DNA of 64,000 bases from Planctomycetota bacterium (GCA_019636245.1 JAHBXX010000001.1:73859-137858); one strand, 5' to 3'; positions 1 to 11,397 are shown, counted from the first letter of the stretch. Made by a program: numbers and translations. Notes: generated from the sequence alone by a model not told the origin.

Positions 1-560
1 CCGGCGGCATCTGCTACGACCGCACCGGCGCCGCCGCCGAGGCCGGCAGCGTGGGCCAGCCGGTCGACGGCGTGCAGGTGGAACTCGATGGCGACGGCCG
101 CGTGGTCGTGCGTTCGCCGGCGGTCGGCCGCGCTCTGGAACCGGATCCCGATCTCGCCGACGGCACCTACCGGGCCCCGGACCTCGGCGCCTTCCGCGCC
201 GGCGAACTGGTGCTGCTCGGCCGCATCGGCGACAGCTTCGACGTCGGCGGCCACAAGGTGCACCCGCGCGAGGTCGAAGCGGTGATCGCTGGCCTCGACG
301 GCGTGCGCGACGTCGCGGTGGTGCCGTGGCAGGACGCCGCCGGCCGGGCGGCGGCGGCGGCGCTGGTCGTCGCCACGGTCGCCGACGAGGTCGCGGTGCG
401 CCAGCACTGCGCGCGTGCCCTGCCGGCGGCGAAGGTGCCGCGCTGCATCCTGTTCCTGCCCGAACTGCCGCGCGACAGCCGCGGCAAGCTGCCGCGCGAG
501 GCCTGGCAGCGGCTCCTGGCCGCGGCGGCGCCGGCCGGCGACCCCTGGCGGGCCCCGTGA
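1..560 (+). CDS. AMP-dependent synthetase/ligase (adenylate-forming acyl ligase), C-terminal part; 5' end lies outside the window
   Basis: The frame is open to the window edge (GGICYDRTGAAAEAGSVGQPVDG...). It has the C-terminal subdomain pattern of adenylate-forming enzymes (GELVLLGRIGDSFDVGGHKVHPREVE ... RDSRGKLPR with the conserved Lys). Confidence 0.85.
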   Translation, partial: GGICYDRTGAAAEAGSVGQPVDGVQVELDGDGRVVVRSPAVGRALEPDPDLADGTYRAPDLGAFRAGELVLLGRIGDSFDVGGHKVHPREVEAVIAGLDGVRDVAVVPWQDAAGRAAAAALVVATVADEVAVRQHCARALPAAKVPRCILFLPELPRDSRGKLPREAWQRLLAAAAPAGDPWRAP

Positions 561-2926
561 CGGCGCCCGCGGGGGGGGGCTCGCTGCTCGACCTGCCGCT
601 GCGCCGGCCGCTCGCGACCCTGGTCGCGATCGTGCTGGTGACCGCGGCGGCGCTGCTGCTGTGGCCGGGCGTGCGCTTCCAGCCGGACGTCGCGCGCCTG
701 CTGCCGGCCGACCATCCCTACCTGCGCGTCGCCGAACTGCTCGACGAACGCGCGCGCCCGGCGCGCACCCTGTGGCTCCTGCTGCGCGGCCCCGACCTGC
801 CGGCGCGCGTGCCGGCGCTCGCCGCGGCGCTCGCCGCCTCGCCCTGGGTCGCCGCCGTCGAGACCACGCGCGACCAGCTGTTCGGCCCGTGGCTGGCCCG
901 GGGCGCCGCGGCGCCGCTGTGGTCGCTGCCGCCGCCGCAGCGCGAGGAGCTGACGGCGGCGCTGCAGCCGGCGGCGCGGGCAGCGGCGATCGAGGCGCTG
1001 CGCCTCGACCTCGCCGACGATCCGCTGGCCGGCGGCGAACTCGCGGTGCGCGACCCGCTCGGCCTGCGCTGGCTGCTGCAGGCCGCCGACCCGGCCGCGG
1101 CGCTCGGCCTCGACCAGGATTCCGACCTGGTGTCGTTCGAGCGCGGCGGCGAGGTGCTGCTGCGGCTCACCGGCACGACCGACGCCTACGACGCCGACGC
1201 CGCCCTGGCCCTGATGGGGCACGTCGAGACCGTGCTGCACGGCGTCGACGCCGCCGTGTTCGGCGGCTACGCGGTGGCCGCGGCCGACCAGCGCCGCATC
1301 CGCGCCGACTTCGAGCGCGCCAGTGGCTGGGCGCTGGTGGCGATCCTCGTCTACCTGTGCTGGACGATGCGCGGCGTGCGCCTGCCGCTGCTCGTGCAGC
1401 TGCCGGCGCTGCTGTCGATCACCTGGGCGATCCCGTTCGGCAGCGCGTGGTTCGGGCCGCTGCCGACGGTGGCGGTGGCGGCGGTGGCGGTGCTGTGCGG
1501 CCTTGGCGTCGACTTCGCGATCCACTATGCCGCGCGCTACCGCGCCGAGTGCCTCCTGCACGGCCACGCCGAGGCGGTGCGCCGCGTGCAGCGTACGACG
1601 GTGCCCGAACTGGCGATCGACATGGCGACCACGGCCGTCACCTTCCTCGCCGTCGGCAGCGGCGAACTCAGCGGCCTGCGCGCGTTCGGCCTGCTGCTGG
1701 CGCTCGGGCTGGTCGGCAGCCTCGTCGTCACCGTCACCGCGCTGCCGGTGCTGCTCGCCGCCGCCGGCCGCCGGCGGGATCCGGAGCGCAGCTGGCTCGC
1801 CGCCTTGGCCGACCGCTGGCTCGCGCAGCGCGCGGCGCGGCCGCTGGCGTGGTCGGTGATCGCCCTGGCCGCCGTGCTCGCCGTCGCCACGGCATGGCGC
1901 GGCGTGCCGCTGTCGGCCGAGCCGGAGGCCCTGCGCCCGGCGGGCGATCCGGTCGCCGCCGCGCGCGCGGCGATCGAGCGGCGGCTCGGCTTCCAGAGCG
2001 TGCCGGCGGTGCTGCTGCTGCCGGCGGCCGACGAGCCTTCGGCCGCGCGCGACGGCCTGCTGGCGCTGCAGGCGGCCGGCGTGGTCCGGTTCTGGTCCGG
2101 TCTCGAGGCGGTGGAGACCGAGGGCGCGCGGCAGGCGGTGACGGCGTGCCGCGCGCGCCTCGGCGCGTTCGTCGAACCGACCCTGCAGCAGTTCGCGGCG
2201 GCCGGCCTCGAGCCGGGGCCGTTCCGCCCGGCGCTGCAGGCGCTGCAGGCGCGGCTCGACGCCGACCCGCCGGCCGCGGCGCCGCGCTGGCTCGACCTCG
2301 ACGGCGAACGCTGGCGCGTGGTGCAGGCCTGGCCGGTCGAGCGCCTCGACGCCGACCGGCTGCCGGCGTTCGCCGGCGAGGTGCAGGCGAGGCTCGGTCC
2401 GCGCGTCCAGGTGCACGCCGGCGCGACCGTGGCCGCGGCGCTGGCGACCGTGCTGCAGCGCGACCTGGTGCGCGCGGTGCTGCTGGCGGTCGGGCTGGCG
2501 TTCGGCATGGTGCTGCTGTGGCTGCGCTCGTGGCGGCAGGGCCTCCTGGCGCTGCTGCCGAGCGCCATCGGCCTCGCGCTGACGCTCGCGTGGCTGGCCG
2601 CCGCCGGCATCGAGCTGTCGCTGGTCAGCTTCGTCGCCGTGCCGTTCGTGCTGGGCATCGGCGTCGACGAGGGCGTGCACACCGTCGGTCACTTCCGCCA
2701 CGGCGGGCGCACCACCGGCGCCACCGGCACCGGCGTGGTGCGCACCAGCCTCGGCACCGTGCTCGGCTTCGGCGCGCTGCTGTGGGCCGAGAGTCCGGGG
2801 CTGCAGGCGCTCGGCGGCATCGTCGCCATCGGCTCGCTGCTCTGCATGCTGTCCTGCCTGTTCGTGCTGGCGCCGCTGCTGGCGCCGCGCGCCGCTCACC
2901 AGAGCCGGGCCCAGCAGAACCAGTGA
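557..2926 (+). CDS. MMPL/RND-superfamily exporter (predicted lipid exporter)
   Basis: GTG 557 overlaps the ligase stop (GTGA). The protein has two bundles of hydrophobic helices and MMPL-type motifs GLGVDFAIHYAARY and GIGVDEGVH. The upstream part of track ORF 326..2926 is shadow sequence. Confidence 0.85.
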   Translation: MTAPAGGGSLLDLPLRRPLATLVAIVLVTAAALLLWPGVRFQPDVARLLPADHPYLRVAELLDERARPARTLWLLLRGPDLPARVPALAAALAASPWVAAVETTRDQLFGPWLARGAAAPLWSLPPPQREELTAALQPAARAAAIEALRLDLADDPLAGGELAVRDPLGLRWLLQAADPAAALGLDQDSDLVSFERGGEVLLRLTGTTDAYDADAALALMGHVETVLHGVDAAVFGGYAVAAADQRRIRADFERASGWALVAILVYLCWTMRGVRLPLLVQLPALLSITWAIPFGSAWFGPLPTVAVAAVAVLCGLGVDFAIHYAARYRAECLLHGHAEAVRRVQRTTVPELAIDMATTAVTFLAVGSGELSGLRAFGLLLALGLVGSLVVTVTALPVLLAAAGRRRDPERSWLAALADRWLAQRAARPLAWSVIALAAVLAVATAWRGVPLSAEPEALRPAGDPVAAARAAIERRLGFQSVPAVLLLPAADEPSAARDGLLALQAAGVVRFWSGLEAVETEGARQAVTACRARLGAFVEPTLQQFAAAGLEPGPFRPALQALQARLDADPPAAAPRWLDLDGERWRVVQAWPVERLDADRLPAFAGEVQARLGPRVQVHAGATVAAALATVLQRDLVRAVLLAVGLAFGMVLLWLRSWRQGLLALLPSAIGLALTLAWLAAAGIELSLVSFVAVPFVLGIGVDEGVHTVGHFRHGGRTTGATGTGVVRTSLGTVLGFGALLWAESPGLQALGGIVAIGSLLCMLSCLFVLAPLLAPRAAHQSRAQQNQ
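571..579 (+). repeat. G9 homopolymer inside codons 5-8 of the MMPL exporter gene
   Basis: The sequence reads gcg ggg ggg ggc: nine consecutive G. It is the longest homopolymer run I found by eye in the window. Confidence 0.95.
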
Positions 2927-3855
2927 TGCGGCCGTTCGCGGATCGCGCGCTCGCACTCGGCCGCCATGCGGTCGACGGCGCGCGCCACGTCGCGCGCCTT
3001 GTCGTCGGTGCGTTCGACCTCGATCGGCTCGCGCAGCTCGACGCGGTAGTGGCGCCGGCCCTCGCGGAACACGAACACCGGCACCAGCGGCGCGTTGGCG
3101 GCGCGCGCCAGCGCCGCCGGCCCGGGCGGCAGGTCCATCGGCCGGCCGAACATCGTCGACCGCTGCACGTCCATGCCGGCGCGCGGCCGGTCGCCGGGCA
3201 TCGCCACCACGTCGCCCTGGCGCAGCGCCATCAGCAGCCGCGCGCCGAGCGCGAGGTCGGCGCCGGCGTAGTGCACGACGAACTGGTCGCGCAGCGGGTG
3301 GCGTTCGAACAGCTCGGCGACGAAGCGCTGCGCCGCGCGCCCCATCTCCGGCTCGCGCACGACGTGGATCTTGCGCCCGCGCGGCACGTCGCGCACCAGC
3401 GGCCCCATCTCCCAGTTGCCGAAGTGGGCGGTGAAGAACACGAAGCCGCGCTCGGTCGCCTGCATGCGCGCGTAGGTCGCCTCGCCGGCGAAGTCGAACC
3501 GCATGCGGTCGGCGCGGTGGAACTGCTCGTAGCGCTCGGTCAGGCACCACGCGTACTCGTGGAAGGTGCGCCAGATGCGGCGCTGCCGCGTGAACCAGCC
3601 GCAGGGTCCGAGCACGGCCTCGAGGTTGTGCGCGACGGCCGAGCGGATCTGCCACAGCGTGGCCCAGAAGAACCACGTCGACAGGTGGATCACCAGCACG
3701 ATGAACCACTCGGGGAAGAACGTCGCCCAGTAGTGCAGCCGGTACCAGGCGATGCCGGTCACGTGCAGCGGGCCGAGCAGGCGGCGGCCCAGCGTGCGCG
3801 GCGGGCCGTGCGGCTTGTCGCGGATCGGTTCGACGCTTTGCGCGGGGCTCGTCAC
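2896..3855 (-). CDS. Lysophospholipid/lipid A-type acyltransferase (LpxL/HtrB-like LPLAT)
   Basis: N-terminal TM segment, an HFGNWE (HX4D/E-type) motif, and overall LpxL-family layout with normal composition. Confidence 0.85.
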   Translation of the reverse strand: MTSPAQSVEPIRDKPHGPPRTLGRRLLGPLHVTGIAWYRLHYWATFFPEWFIVLVIHLSTWFFWATLWQIRSAVAHNLEAVLGPCGWFTRQRRIWRTFHEYAWCLTERYEQFHRADRMRFDFAGEATYARMQATERGFVFFTAHFGNWEMGPLVRDVPRGRKIHVVREPEMGRAAQRFVAELFERHPLRDQFVVHYAGADLALGARLLMALRQGDVVAMPGDRPRAGMDVQRSTMFGRPMDLPPGPAALARAANAPLVPVFVFREGRRHYRVELREPIEVERTDDKARDVARAVDRMAAECERAIRERPHHWFCWARLW

Positions 3856-3883
3856 CAGTAGGCTTCTGGCCCGAGACTATCCG

Positions 3884-4504
3884 TTGCCGGGCCCACGACG
3901 CACGCTGTTCCGCGCCATCGCGCTCGCCGCCGCGGCGGCGGCCTCGACCGCCTGCACCGGCTTCGCGCCGCCGCGCCCGGCGACGCTGGCACGGCTGCGG
4001 CCGCTGCGGGCGGACCCCGTGCCGGCCCGGTTCGAGGTCGAGATCGAGTCGCCGGCCTTGACCGGCGTGTTCGACGCGGTGTTCGCGCCCCAGCCGCACG
4101 GCTTCGCGCTGCAGCTGTTCCCCGACATCGGCGCCAAGGTGCTCGACCTGACCGTCGCCGGCGGCGCCGTCGCCGCCGACACGCCGGCGGGCCCCTGGGC
4201 GGCGGCGGCGCCGTTCGCCGGCGCCGCGCCGCACCTGGCGCTGCTGCTGGCCGTCGCCCTGGCGGAACTGGGGGCGCCGGCCGCCGCCGAGCGTGTGCTC
4301 GGCGAACGGCCGCTGCCCGGCGGCCGGACCGAACTCGCGCTGCGGCCTGTGCTCGACGGCGTGACCGTGCGGGTCGAGCTGGCGGCGGACGGCGCGGTGG
4401 TGGCCTGCCAGCTCGAGGTGGCGGGGTTCGGCTGCCGGCTCGAGGCCGACGGCCTGACCGCGCCCTCCGTGCGGGTGCGGTTCCACTGGCCAGCCGAAGG
4501 TTGA
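3884..4504 (+). CDS. Hypothetical lipoprotein (start uncertain)
   Basis: TTG 3884 gives PGPRRTLFRAIALAAAAAASTAC, a signal peptide with a lipobox-like Cys. Longer starts would overlap the divergent acyltransferase. No recognisable domain. Confidence 0.5.
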   Translation: MPGPRRTLFRAIALAAAAAASTACTGFAPPRPATLARLRPLRADPVPARFEVEIESPALTGVFDAVFAPQPHGFALQLFPDIGAKVLDLTVAGGAVAADTPAGPWAAAAPFAGAAPHLALLLAVALAELGAPAAAERVLGERPLPGGRTELALRPVLDGVTVRVELAADGAVVACQLEVAGFGCRLEADGLTAPSVRVRFHWPAEG

Positions 4505-4556
4505 GCCGCGGACGGCTTTGTGTTCACCTGCCGGCGCGGGCCGTTGCGGCCCGGTG

Positions 4557-5840
4557 ATGGGCACCCGGATCGATCAGGACGTCGTCGTCGTCGGCGGCGG
4601 CCCGGCCGGCGCGGCGGCAGCCGCGCGGCTGGGCCGCCTGGGCCACCGCGTGCTCGTGCTGGAGAGCGAACGCTTCCCGCGCTTCCACATCGGCGAATCG
4701 CTGCTGCCGCTCGGCGACGCGGTGTTCCGCGAACTCGGCTGCCGCGACCGCCTGGCCGCCGCCGGCTTCGTGCAGAAGTACGGCGCCCGCCTGGTGTCGC
4801 CGTGCGGCCGCCGCACCGTGCTGTTCGACTTCGCCGAGGCGCGGCACCTGGAACTGCCGTGGACGTTCCAGGTCCATCGCGCCGAGTTCGACGCGCTGCT
4901 GCTCGAGCACGCGATCGCCTGCGGTGCGACCACGGTGCAGGGCCGCGCCCGCGACTACACGGTCGACGGCGACGGCGTCGCCGTCGACTACGAGGCCGCC
5001 GACGGCGCCCGCCACACGGTGCGGGCGCGGGCGCTGATCGACGCCAGCGGCCGCAGCGGCTTCGTCGCCCGCCGCGAGGGCGTGCGCATCGACGACCACG
5101 AACTGCGCAAGGCCGCCGTCTACGCCCATTTCCGCGGCGTCGAGACCGATCCGGGGCGCCGCGGCGGCGACACCCGCATCGTGTCGCTGCCGCGGCTCGG
5201 CTGGATGTGGTTCATCCCGCTGAAGGACGGCCAGACCAGCGTCGGCGCCGTGCTCGATCTCGACGACTACCGGCAGCAGGCGAAGGGCGAGCCGGCGGCG
5301 CTGTTCGCCGCCGCGGTGGCGGCGGCGCCGGCGGCGGCAAGGCTGCTGGCCGCGGCCGAGCGGCTCGGCGAGTTCCGGGTCGAGAGCGGCTTCAGCTACC
5401 GCGCCGCCCGCTACTGCGGCGACCGCTGGTTCCTGGCCGGCGACGCCGGTTCGTTCCTCGACCCGGTGTTCTCGACCGGCGTGCTGCTGGCGCTGCGCTC
5501 GGGCCTCGAGGCCGCCGACGCGGCGGCCGCCGCGTACCTCGGCCGTGGCCGCCGGCGCGCCGCCGTCCTGCAGCGCTTCGACCGGCGCCTGCAGCAGCGC
5601 TACTGGTTCGTGCGCCGGTTCGTCACCGGCTTCTACGACCCGAACACGCGCGACGTGTTCTTCGCGCCGCGCCCGCTGCTCGGCATGACCAGGGCGGTGA
5701 CCACCGTGCTGGCCGGCGGCTTCGACCTCGGCTGGCTCGACCGGCTGCGGCTGCAGCTGTTCTTCCTGATCGGCCGCCTGCAGGCGCGCTACGACCTGGT
5801 GCCGCGCCTGGCCGCGGCGACCGCGGGGGCGGGGTCGTGA
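4557..5840 (+). CDS. FAD-dependent oxidoreductase, flavin-dependent halogenase-like
   Basis: GxGxxG motif (VVVVGGGPAGAAAA), a WxWxIP-type motif (GWMWFIPL), and GDAGSFLDPVFSTG. Confidence 0.85.
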   Translation: MGTRIDQDVVVVGGGPAGAAAAARLGRLGHRVLVLESERFPRFHIGESLLPLGDAVFRELGCRDRLAAAGFVQKYGARLVSPCGRRTVLFDFAEARHLELPWTFQVHRAEFDALLLEHAIACGATTVQGRARDYTVDGDGVAVDYEAADGARHTVRARALIDASGRSGFVARREGVRIDDHELRKAAVYAHFRGVETDPGRRGGDTRIVSLPRLGWMWFIPLKDGQTSVGAVLDLDDYRQQAKGEPAALFAAAVAAAPAAARLLAAAERLGEFRVESGFSYRAARYCGDRWFLAGDAGSFLDPVFSTGVLLALRSGLEAADAAAAAYLGRGRRRAAVLQRFDRRLQQRYWFVRRFVTGFYDPNTRDVFFAPRPLLGMTRAVTTVLAGGFDLGWLDRLRLQLFFLIGRLQARYDLVPRLAAATAGAGS

Positions 5841-6559
5841 GGTCCCGGCTCGGGATGCTGCTGCTGGCGGCCGCCGCCCTGCCGGCGCAGGAGCCGCCGC
5901 CGGCGCCGCCGCCGGCGCCGCCGCCGGTCGACCCGGCCGTGGTGGCGGCGGGCGAGGCGCTGCTGCGCGCGCACGGCGAACGCAGCCGCGGCGTCGCGGT
6001 GCTGGCGGCCGACTACCGCCAGACCCGCACGACCCGGCTCGCGGCCACGCCGCTGCAGAGCAAGGGCACGTTCCTGTTCGTGCGCGAGCCGGCGTGCGTG
6101 CTGTTCCGCGCCACGGCGCCGCGGCCGTCGGTGGTGCGGGTGCGCCGCGACCTCTACGAGGTCTACCGGCCCCAGCAGCGGCGGCTCGAGCGTTTCCGCC
6201 TCGACGGTCCGGAGCTGGCGCAGGGCCTGTTCGCCGCGCTCGGCGGCGACGCCGACCTGCTGCTGCGCGAGTTCTCGATCGCCGCCTGCGGCGTCGATCC
6301 GGCCGACCGGGAGCGCACGCGCGTGGTGCTGGCGCCGCGCCGCGAGGCGGTGCGCGAGCGGTTGCCCGAGCTGCGCCTGTCGCTGCGCACGAGCAGCCGC
6401 GCGCTGGCGGCGGTGGCCTACCGCGACCACGCCGGCGACCTGATCGAGATCGAACTGGAGAACGTGGTGGGCGACCCGGACCCGGCGCCGAGCTGCGAGT
6501 TCGAGGTCGCCGAGGGCACGACGGTGGTCGAGCACGCGGCGCAGAAGCGCGGCGGCTAG
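5837..6559 (+). CDS. LolA-like outer-membrane lipoprotein carrier family protein (secreted)
   Basis: GTG 5837 overlaps the upstream stop (GTGA); ATG 5855 is an alternative start. The signal peptide ends ...AALPA|QEPP. Size and pattern match the LolA-like proteins of aryl-polyene-type clusters. The call is by pattern recall only. Confidence 0.65.
   Translation: MRSRLGMLLLAAAALPAQEPPPAPPPAPPPVDPAVVAAGEALLRAHGERSRGVAVLAADYRQTRTTRLAATPLQSKGTFLFVREPACVLFRATAPRPSVVRVRRDLYEVYRPQQRRLERFRLDGPELAQGLFAALGGDADLLLREFSIAACGVDPADRERTRVVLAPRREAVRERLPELRLSLRTSSRALAAVAYRDHAGDLIEIELENVVGDPDPAPSCEFEVAEGTTVVEHAAQKRGG
5894..5929 (+). repeat. In-frame 12-nt tandem repeat (CCGCCGCCGGCG x2 plus one imperfect copy) encoding PPPA-PPPA-PPPV
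   Basis: Read directly from the sequence. It sits just after the signal peptide of the LolA-like protein. Confidence 0.85.
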
Positions 6560-6690
6560 TCCAACTTCGTCGAGCCACCGGTGGCACCGGCGGCGTAGTT
6601 GCCCTAGCATGCGGCGGCGCGACGGGCGGTCATCCCGTCGTGCCGCAGCCGGCGCATCGGGCCGGCGCACAGCCAGGTTGGGAGGGTTTC

Positions 6691-7557
6691 ATGAAGCAGA
6701 ACGAGCGTCTGTTGGTCTACGCGGTGACCGGGTTCCTCGCGGTCATCCTAGTCGTCGCGGTGTGGTTCGGTCCGGGTGGGCGCGAGGCGGCCGGCGCCGC
6801 CAAGCCGGCGTCGCCGGCGGCCAAGGGGCTCGCCGAGCTGATCGGCCAGCAGGACCAGCCGTCGCCGGCCGGCGCCAGCGGCGCCGAGGTGCTGCCGGCG
6901 CCGGGCGAACTCACGCGGCAGCAGCCGCTGGTCGCCGTCGATGCGGCCGCCGTGGCCGCGGAACTGCTGGCGCAGCAGCTCGGCCCGAGCCAGCGCAGCT
7001 GGTCGACGCGCCTCGTGCGCGCGCGGCCGGGCGACTCGCTCGAACTGCTGGTGCGCCGCTGGTGCGGCGCCCGCGATCCGTTCCTCGCCGAGGCGAAGGC
7101 GATGAACGAGGACCTCGGGGTGCTGCGTGCCGGCCAGGAGGTCTGCCTGCCCTGGGTCGACGACGCCGTGCTGCTGGCGGCGCTCGAGGCCAACCAGCCG
7201 AAGCCGTTGGCGGCGGCGTCGGATGCCGGCGTGGCGCCGGCCGGCGGCGGCGTGGCGCCGATCGGTTCCCTGCAGCGCATGCTCGGCGTCGGCACGGCGG
7301 CGGCGGGCGACGGCGCGGCGCGCCCGGCCGAAGCGCCGGCGTTCGCCGAGCCGGGGCGCAGCGGCACGGCGCCGGCGGCCCGCCGGGCGGTCACGGAGTA
7401 CACCGTGCAGAGCGGCGACTCGCTGTGGAAGATCGCCGAGCGCAGCTACGGGCGCCAGCAGGCGGCCCGCATGGTGCGGGCGATCCTGGAGGCGAATCCG
7501 GGGCTGGACGAGCGCGTGAAGCCCGGCCAGAAGCTGGTGCTGCCGCCGGCGCCGTGA
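6691..7557 (+). CDS. LysM-domain protein with N-terminal membrane anchor
   Basis: GGAGGG lies upstream of ATG 6691. There is a TM helix (LLVYAVTGFLAVILVVAVWF) and a C-terminal LysM (YTVQSGDSLWKIAERSYG...PGQKLVLP), plus a degenerate internal LysM-like segment. Confidence 0.85.
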   Translation: MKQNERLLVYAVTGFLAVILVVAVWFGPGGREAAGAAKPASPAAKGLAELIGQQDQPSPAGASGAEVLPAPGELTRQQPLVAVDAAAVAAELLAQQLGPSQRSWSTRLVRARPGDSLELLVRRWCGARDPFLAEAKAMNEDLGVLRAGQEVCLPWVDDAVLLAALEANQPKPLAAASDAGVAPAGGGVAPIGSLQRMLGVGTAAAGDGAARPAEAPAFAEPGRSGTAPAARRAVTEYTVQSGDSLWKIAERSYGRQQAARMVRAILEANPGLDERVKPGQKLVLPPAP

Positions 7558-7576
7558 GCGCCGCGCGCCGCCGCCC

Positions 7577-8941
<1,365 letters not shown>

Positions 8942-9279
8942 GGGCGGCGAGGGTAGCGGTCGGATCGCCCAGGCCCAGGTGGGGGGGAGGCGATTCGCGC
9001 GCCGCAGGCCGCGATGGCAACGGCGGTCGGCGGCACGCGGGCGGCGCGGCCGCCGGCGCACGACCGCGGTTGGGGTATCCTTGCCGCGACCTTGGCGGTC
9101 CCCGCTCGCGTGCCCTTGACGGTCGTCGGTCGGAACATAGCATTCCACAGCCCTTTCCAGCCTTGCCCGGCTGGGGGGAGTGCCGGCACCGGAACGTCCG
9201 TATGCCCGCGGTGTGCCGCATCCCCTGTTCGCGCCCTCATCCCAGACCCCTACTGCTCTTCCCCAAGGAGTCCCGTTCC

Positions 9280-11391
9280 ATGGCCCGCTCGTTCCCTCAG
9301 TTTCTCCTGGCGGCTGCCGTTGCCGCCGTCGTCGGCGGATCGGTCCGGGCGCAGGACACGCCGCTGCAGGAAGCCGTCACGCTGTTGCGGTTGAGCAAGT
9401 CGGACGAAGCGGTCGCCAAGCTGCGCGAGATCCTGGCCTCGGACCCGTCGAACACCGAGGCGCTGAAGCTCTACCAGTCGGTGTCGCAGGACGAGTGGTA
9501 CATGCTGATGACCACGCGCGGCGAGGTGCAGCAGATCGCGCAGTCGATCCTCGAGCGCGCGCGGGTCGAGACGCGGCAGCGTTCGCGGGACGAGGCGGCG
9601 ATCGCGGAGCTGGTGGCCACGGCGACGGCGAAGGACAGCGACTACGGCACCCGCCAGGCGGCGATCAACAAGCTGGTCGCCAACCACGGTGAGTTCGCGG
9701 TGCCGGCGCTGGTGCAGAAGCTCGGCGATCCCGACGACGCCGAAGGGCAGATCCAGGCGATCTACGTGCTGTCGCAGCTGCGCTCGGCGGCCGTGCTGCC
9801 GCTGATCGAGGCGCTGCGGAGCAGCAACGAACTGGTGGCGCAGAACGCGGCCGCCGCGCTGCACCAGATCGGCGACGACCGGGCGGTGCCGGCGATGGTC
9901 TACCTGGCCGGCGACGAGCGCCCGAACGTCAGCGCGATCGCGCGCAAGTTCGTCGCCAAGAAGGGCGTCTCCGGCGGCGCCGTCGACCTGCTGCTGGCCC
10001 AGGCGCGCAACTACCTGCAGGGCGAGATCCCGATCGGCGGCCACAGCGACGTCGTCTGGCAGCTGGTCGACGACCGGCTGGTGGCGACCGACGTGCCGGC
10101 GCTGCTCTACCCGAGCGAACTGGCGAAGTCGGTGGCGGCCAGCGCGGTGCGCATCGCGCCGTCGAGCCTCGAGGCGCGCAGCATGCTGGCGCAGGCCAAC
10201 CTGGGCCAGGCCAACCTGATCGAGACCTCGCTCGCCCGCGGCGACGAGGCGCTGCGCCCGCTGGAGCCGGTCGCCGCCGAACTGAAGATCGCCGCGCTGG
10301 CGACCGGCGTCGACGCGCTGCGCTCGGCGCTCGACGCCGGCGTGCGGCAGGGCATGGCCCCGGTGGCGATCGGCGCCATCCAGGCGCTGGCCGCGGCCGA
10401 GAGCGTCGACACGATCGACCAGAGCACCTTGCTCGCCGCGCTGCAGAGCAGCGACAAGCGCATCCAGTACGCGGCCGCCGAGTCGCTGGTGGTCGCCAGC
10501 GGCGGCGCCCGCGTGCCGCAGCAGGAGCGGGTCGTCGCCGTGCTGGCCGATGCCGTCGGCGAGGAGGCGGTGCGCACGATCCACGTGATCGCGCCGTCGC
10601 TCGACTCCGCGGCCGCGGTGCAGGCTTCCAGCGGCGTGCGCGGCATGGCGGTCGAGGCCAACGCCAACGCCATCGGCGGCATGCGCAGCCTGCTGGTCAA
10701 CCCGAACGTCGACGTGGTGGTGATCAACGAGATCCTGCCCGACCGGATGCCGGAGGACGTGATCGGCAACATCAAGAAGGACCCGCGGCTGGCCAACACG
10801 CGCATCGTGGTGATCGCCAAGGACGTCGAGGCGGCGCAGGCGCGCTTCGGCGACGGCGTCGGCGTGGTGCAGGCGCCGCTGACCGGCGAGACGCTCGTGG
10901 CGGCCGTGAACACGGCGCTCGAGGGCGTGTCGAGCCCGGCCGGCGAGCGGGCCGAGGCGTATGCGACCAAGGCCAGCAATGCCCTGTTGGCGATCGCCCG
11001 GCAGAAGGGCAGCATCGCCGGCGCGTTGGGCAACCTCGCCAAGCAGCTCGACCGCGGCGACGCCGTTTCGGTGCCCGCGGCCCGTGCGCTCGGCCTCGCC
11101 GGTGGACCGGTCGAGCTCAGCAGCCTCGCGGTGGCGCTCGGCAACGGCGGCAGCGTCGAACGCCGCACGGCGGTCGCCGAGGCGATGGGCAACATCCTGG
11201 CCCGCATCGATGCGTGCCCGCAGGACGCCATCCAGGCCCTGGTCGCCGTCGTCGACAGCGACGCGGAGGTCGGTCTGCGCACGGCGGCGGCGGTGGCGCT
11301 GGGCAAGAGCAAGCTCGAGGCGCAGTGGCGCGCCGACATCCAGAAGAAGCTGCGTCGCGTCGCCGGCCACGCCGGCGGCGGCGAAGGCTGA
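9280..11391 (+). CDS. Secreted HEAT/armadillo-repeat protein with an internal receiver-like (degenerate) segment
   Basis: AAGGAG precedes ATG 9280. The signal peptide ends ...GGSVRA|QDTP. It has repeated HEAT-like units ([13 protein letters not shown]..., [22 protein letters not shown]...) and the segment [38 protein letters not shown]. Confidence 0.75.
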   Translation: MARSFPQFLLAAAVAAVVGGSVRAQDTPLQEAVTLLRLSKSDEAVAKLREILASDPSNTEALKLYQSVSQDEWYMLMTTRGEVQQIAQSILERARVETRQRSRDEAAIAELVATATAKDSDYGTRQAAINKLVANHGEFAVPALVQKLGDPDDAEGQIQAIYVLSQLRSAAVLPLIEALRSSNELVAQNAAAALHQIGDDRAVPAMVYLAGDERPNVSAIARKFVAKKGVSGGAVDLLLAQARNYLQGEIPIGGHSDVVWQLVDDRLVATDVPALLYPSELAKSVAASAVRIAPSSLEARSMLAQANLGQANLIETSLARGDEALRPLEPVAAELKIAALATGVDALRSALDAGVRQGMAPVAIGAIQALAAAESVDTIDQSTLLAALQSSDKRIQYAAAESLVVASGGARVPQQERVVAVLADAVGEEAVRTIHVIAPSLDSAAAVQASSGVRGMAVEANANAIGGMRSLLVNPNVDVVVINEILPDRMPEDVIGNIKKDPRLANTRIVVIAKDVEAAQARFGDGVGVVQAPLTGETLVAAVNTALEGVSSPAGERAEAYATKASNALLAIARQKGSIAGALGNLAKQLDRGDAVSVPAARALGLAGGPVELSSLAVALGNGGSVERRTAVAEAMGNILARIDACPQDAIQALVAVVDSDAEVGLRTAAAVALGKSKLEAQWRADIQKKLRRVAGHAGGGEG

Positions 11392-11397
11392 TCGCGG

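Noticed and set aside
167-4564. 1465-aa ORF on the minus strand. Similar giant ORFs occur at 415..3861, 14062..16329, 16344..18650 (5' part), 17567..21784 (5' part), 32298..34814, 33815..35986, 37334..40540, 41225..43969, 45842..48961 and 49049..53404 (5' part).
   Set aside because: They have extreme Arg/Ala/Gly/Pro composition and no motifs. They overlap other frames or strands that carry clear family signatures. Such stop-free shadow frames are expected at this GC content.
9031-9045. Sigma54-like cGGCACGcgggcgGC upstream of the HEAT-repeat gene, next to the sigma54 activator gene.
   Set aside because: The spacing is correct, but the -12 element is GGCG rather than TTGC[AT]. The site lies about 235 nt upstream of the ATG. 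In GC-rich DNA a bare GG-N10-GC match is expected by chance.
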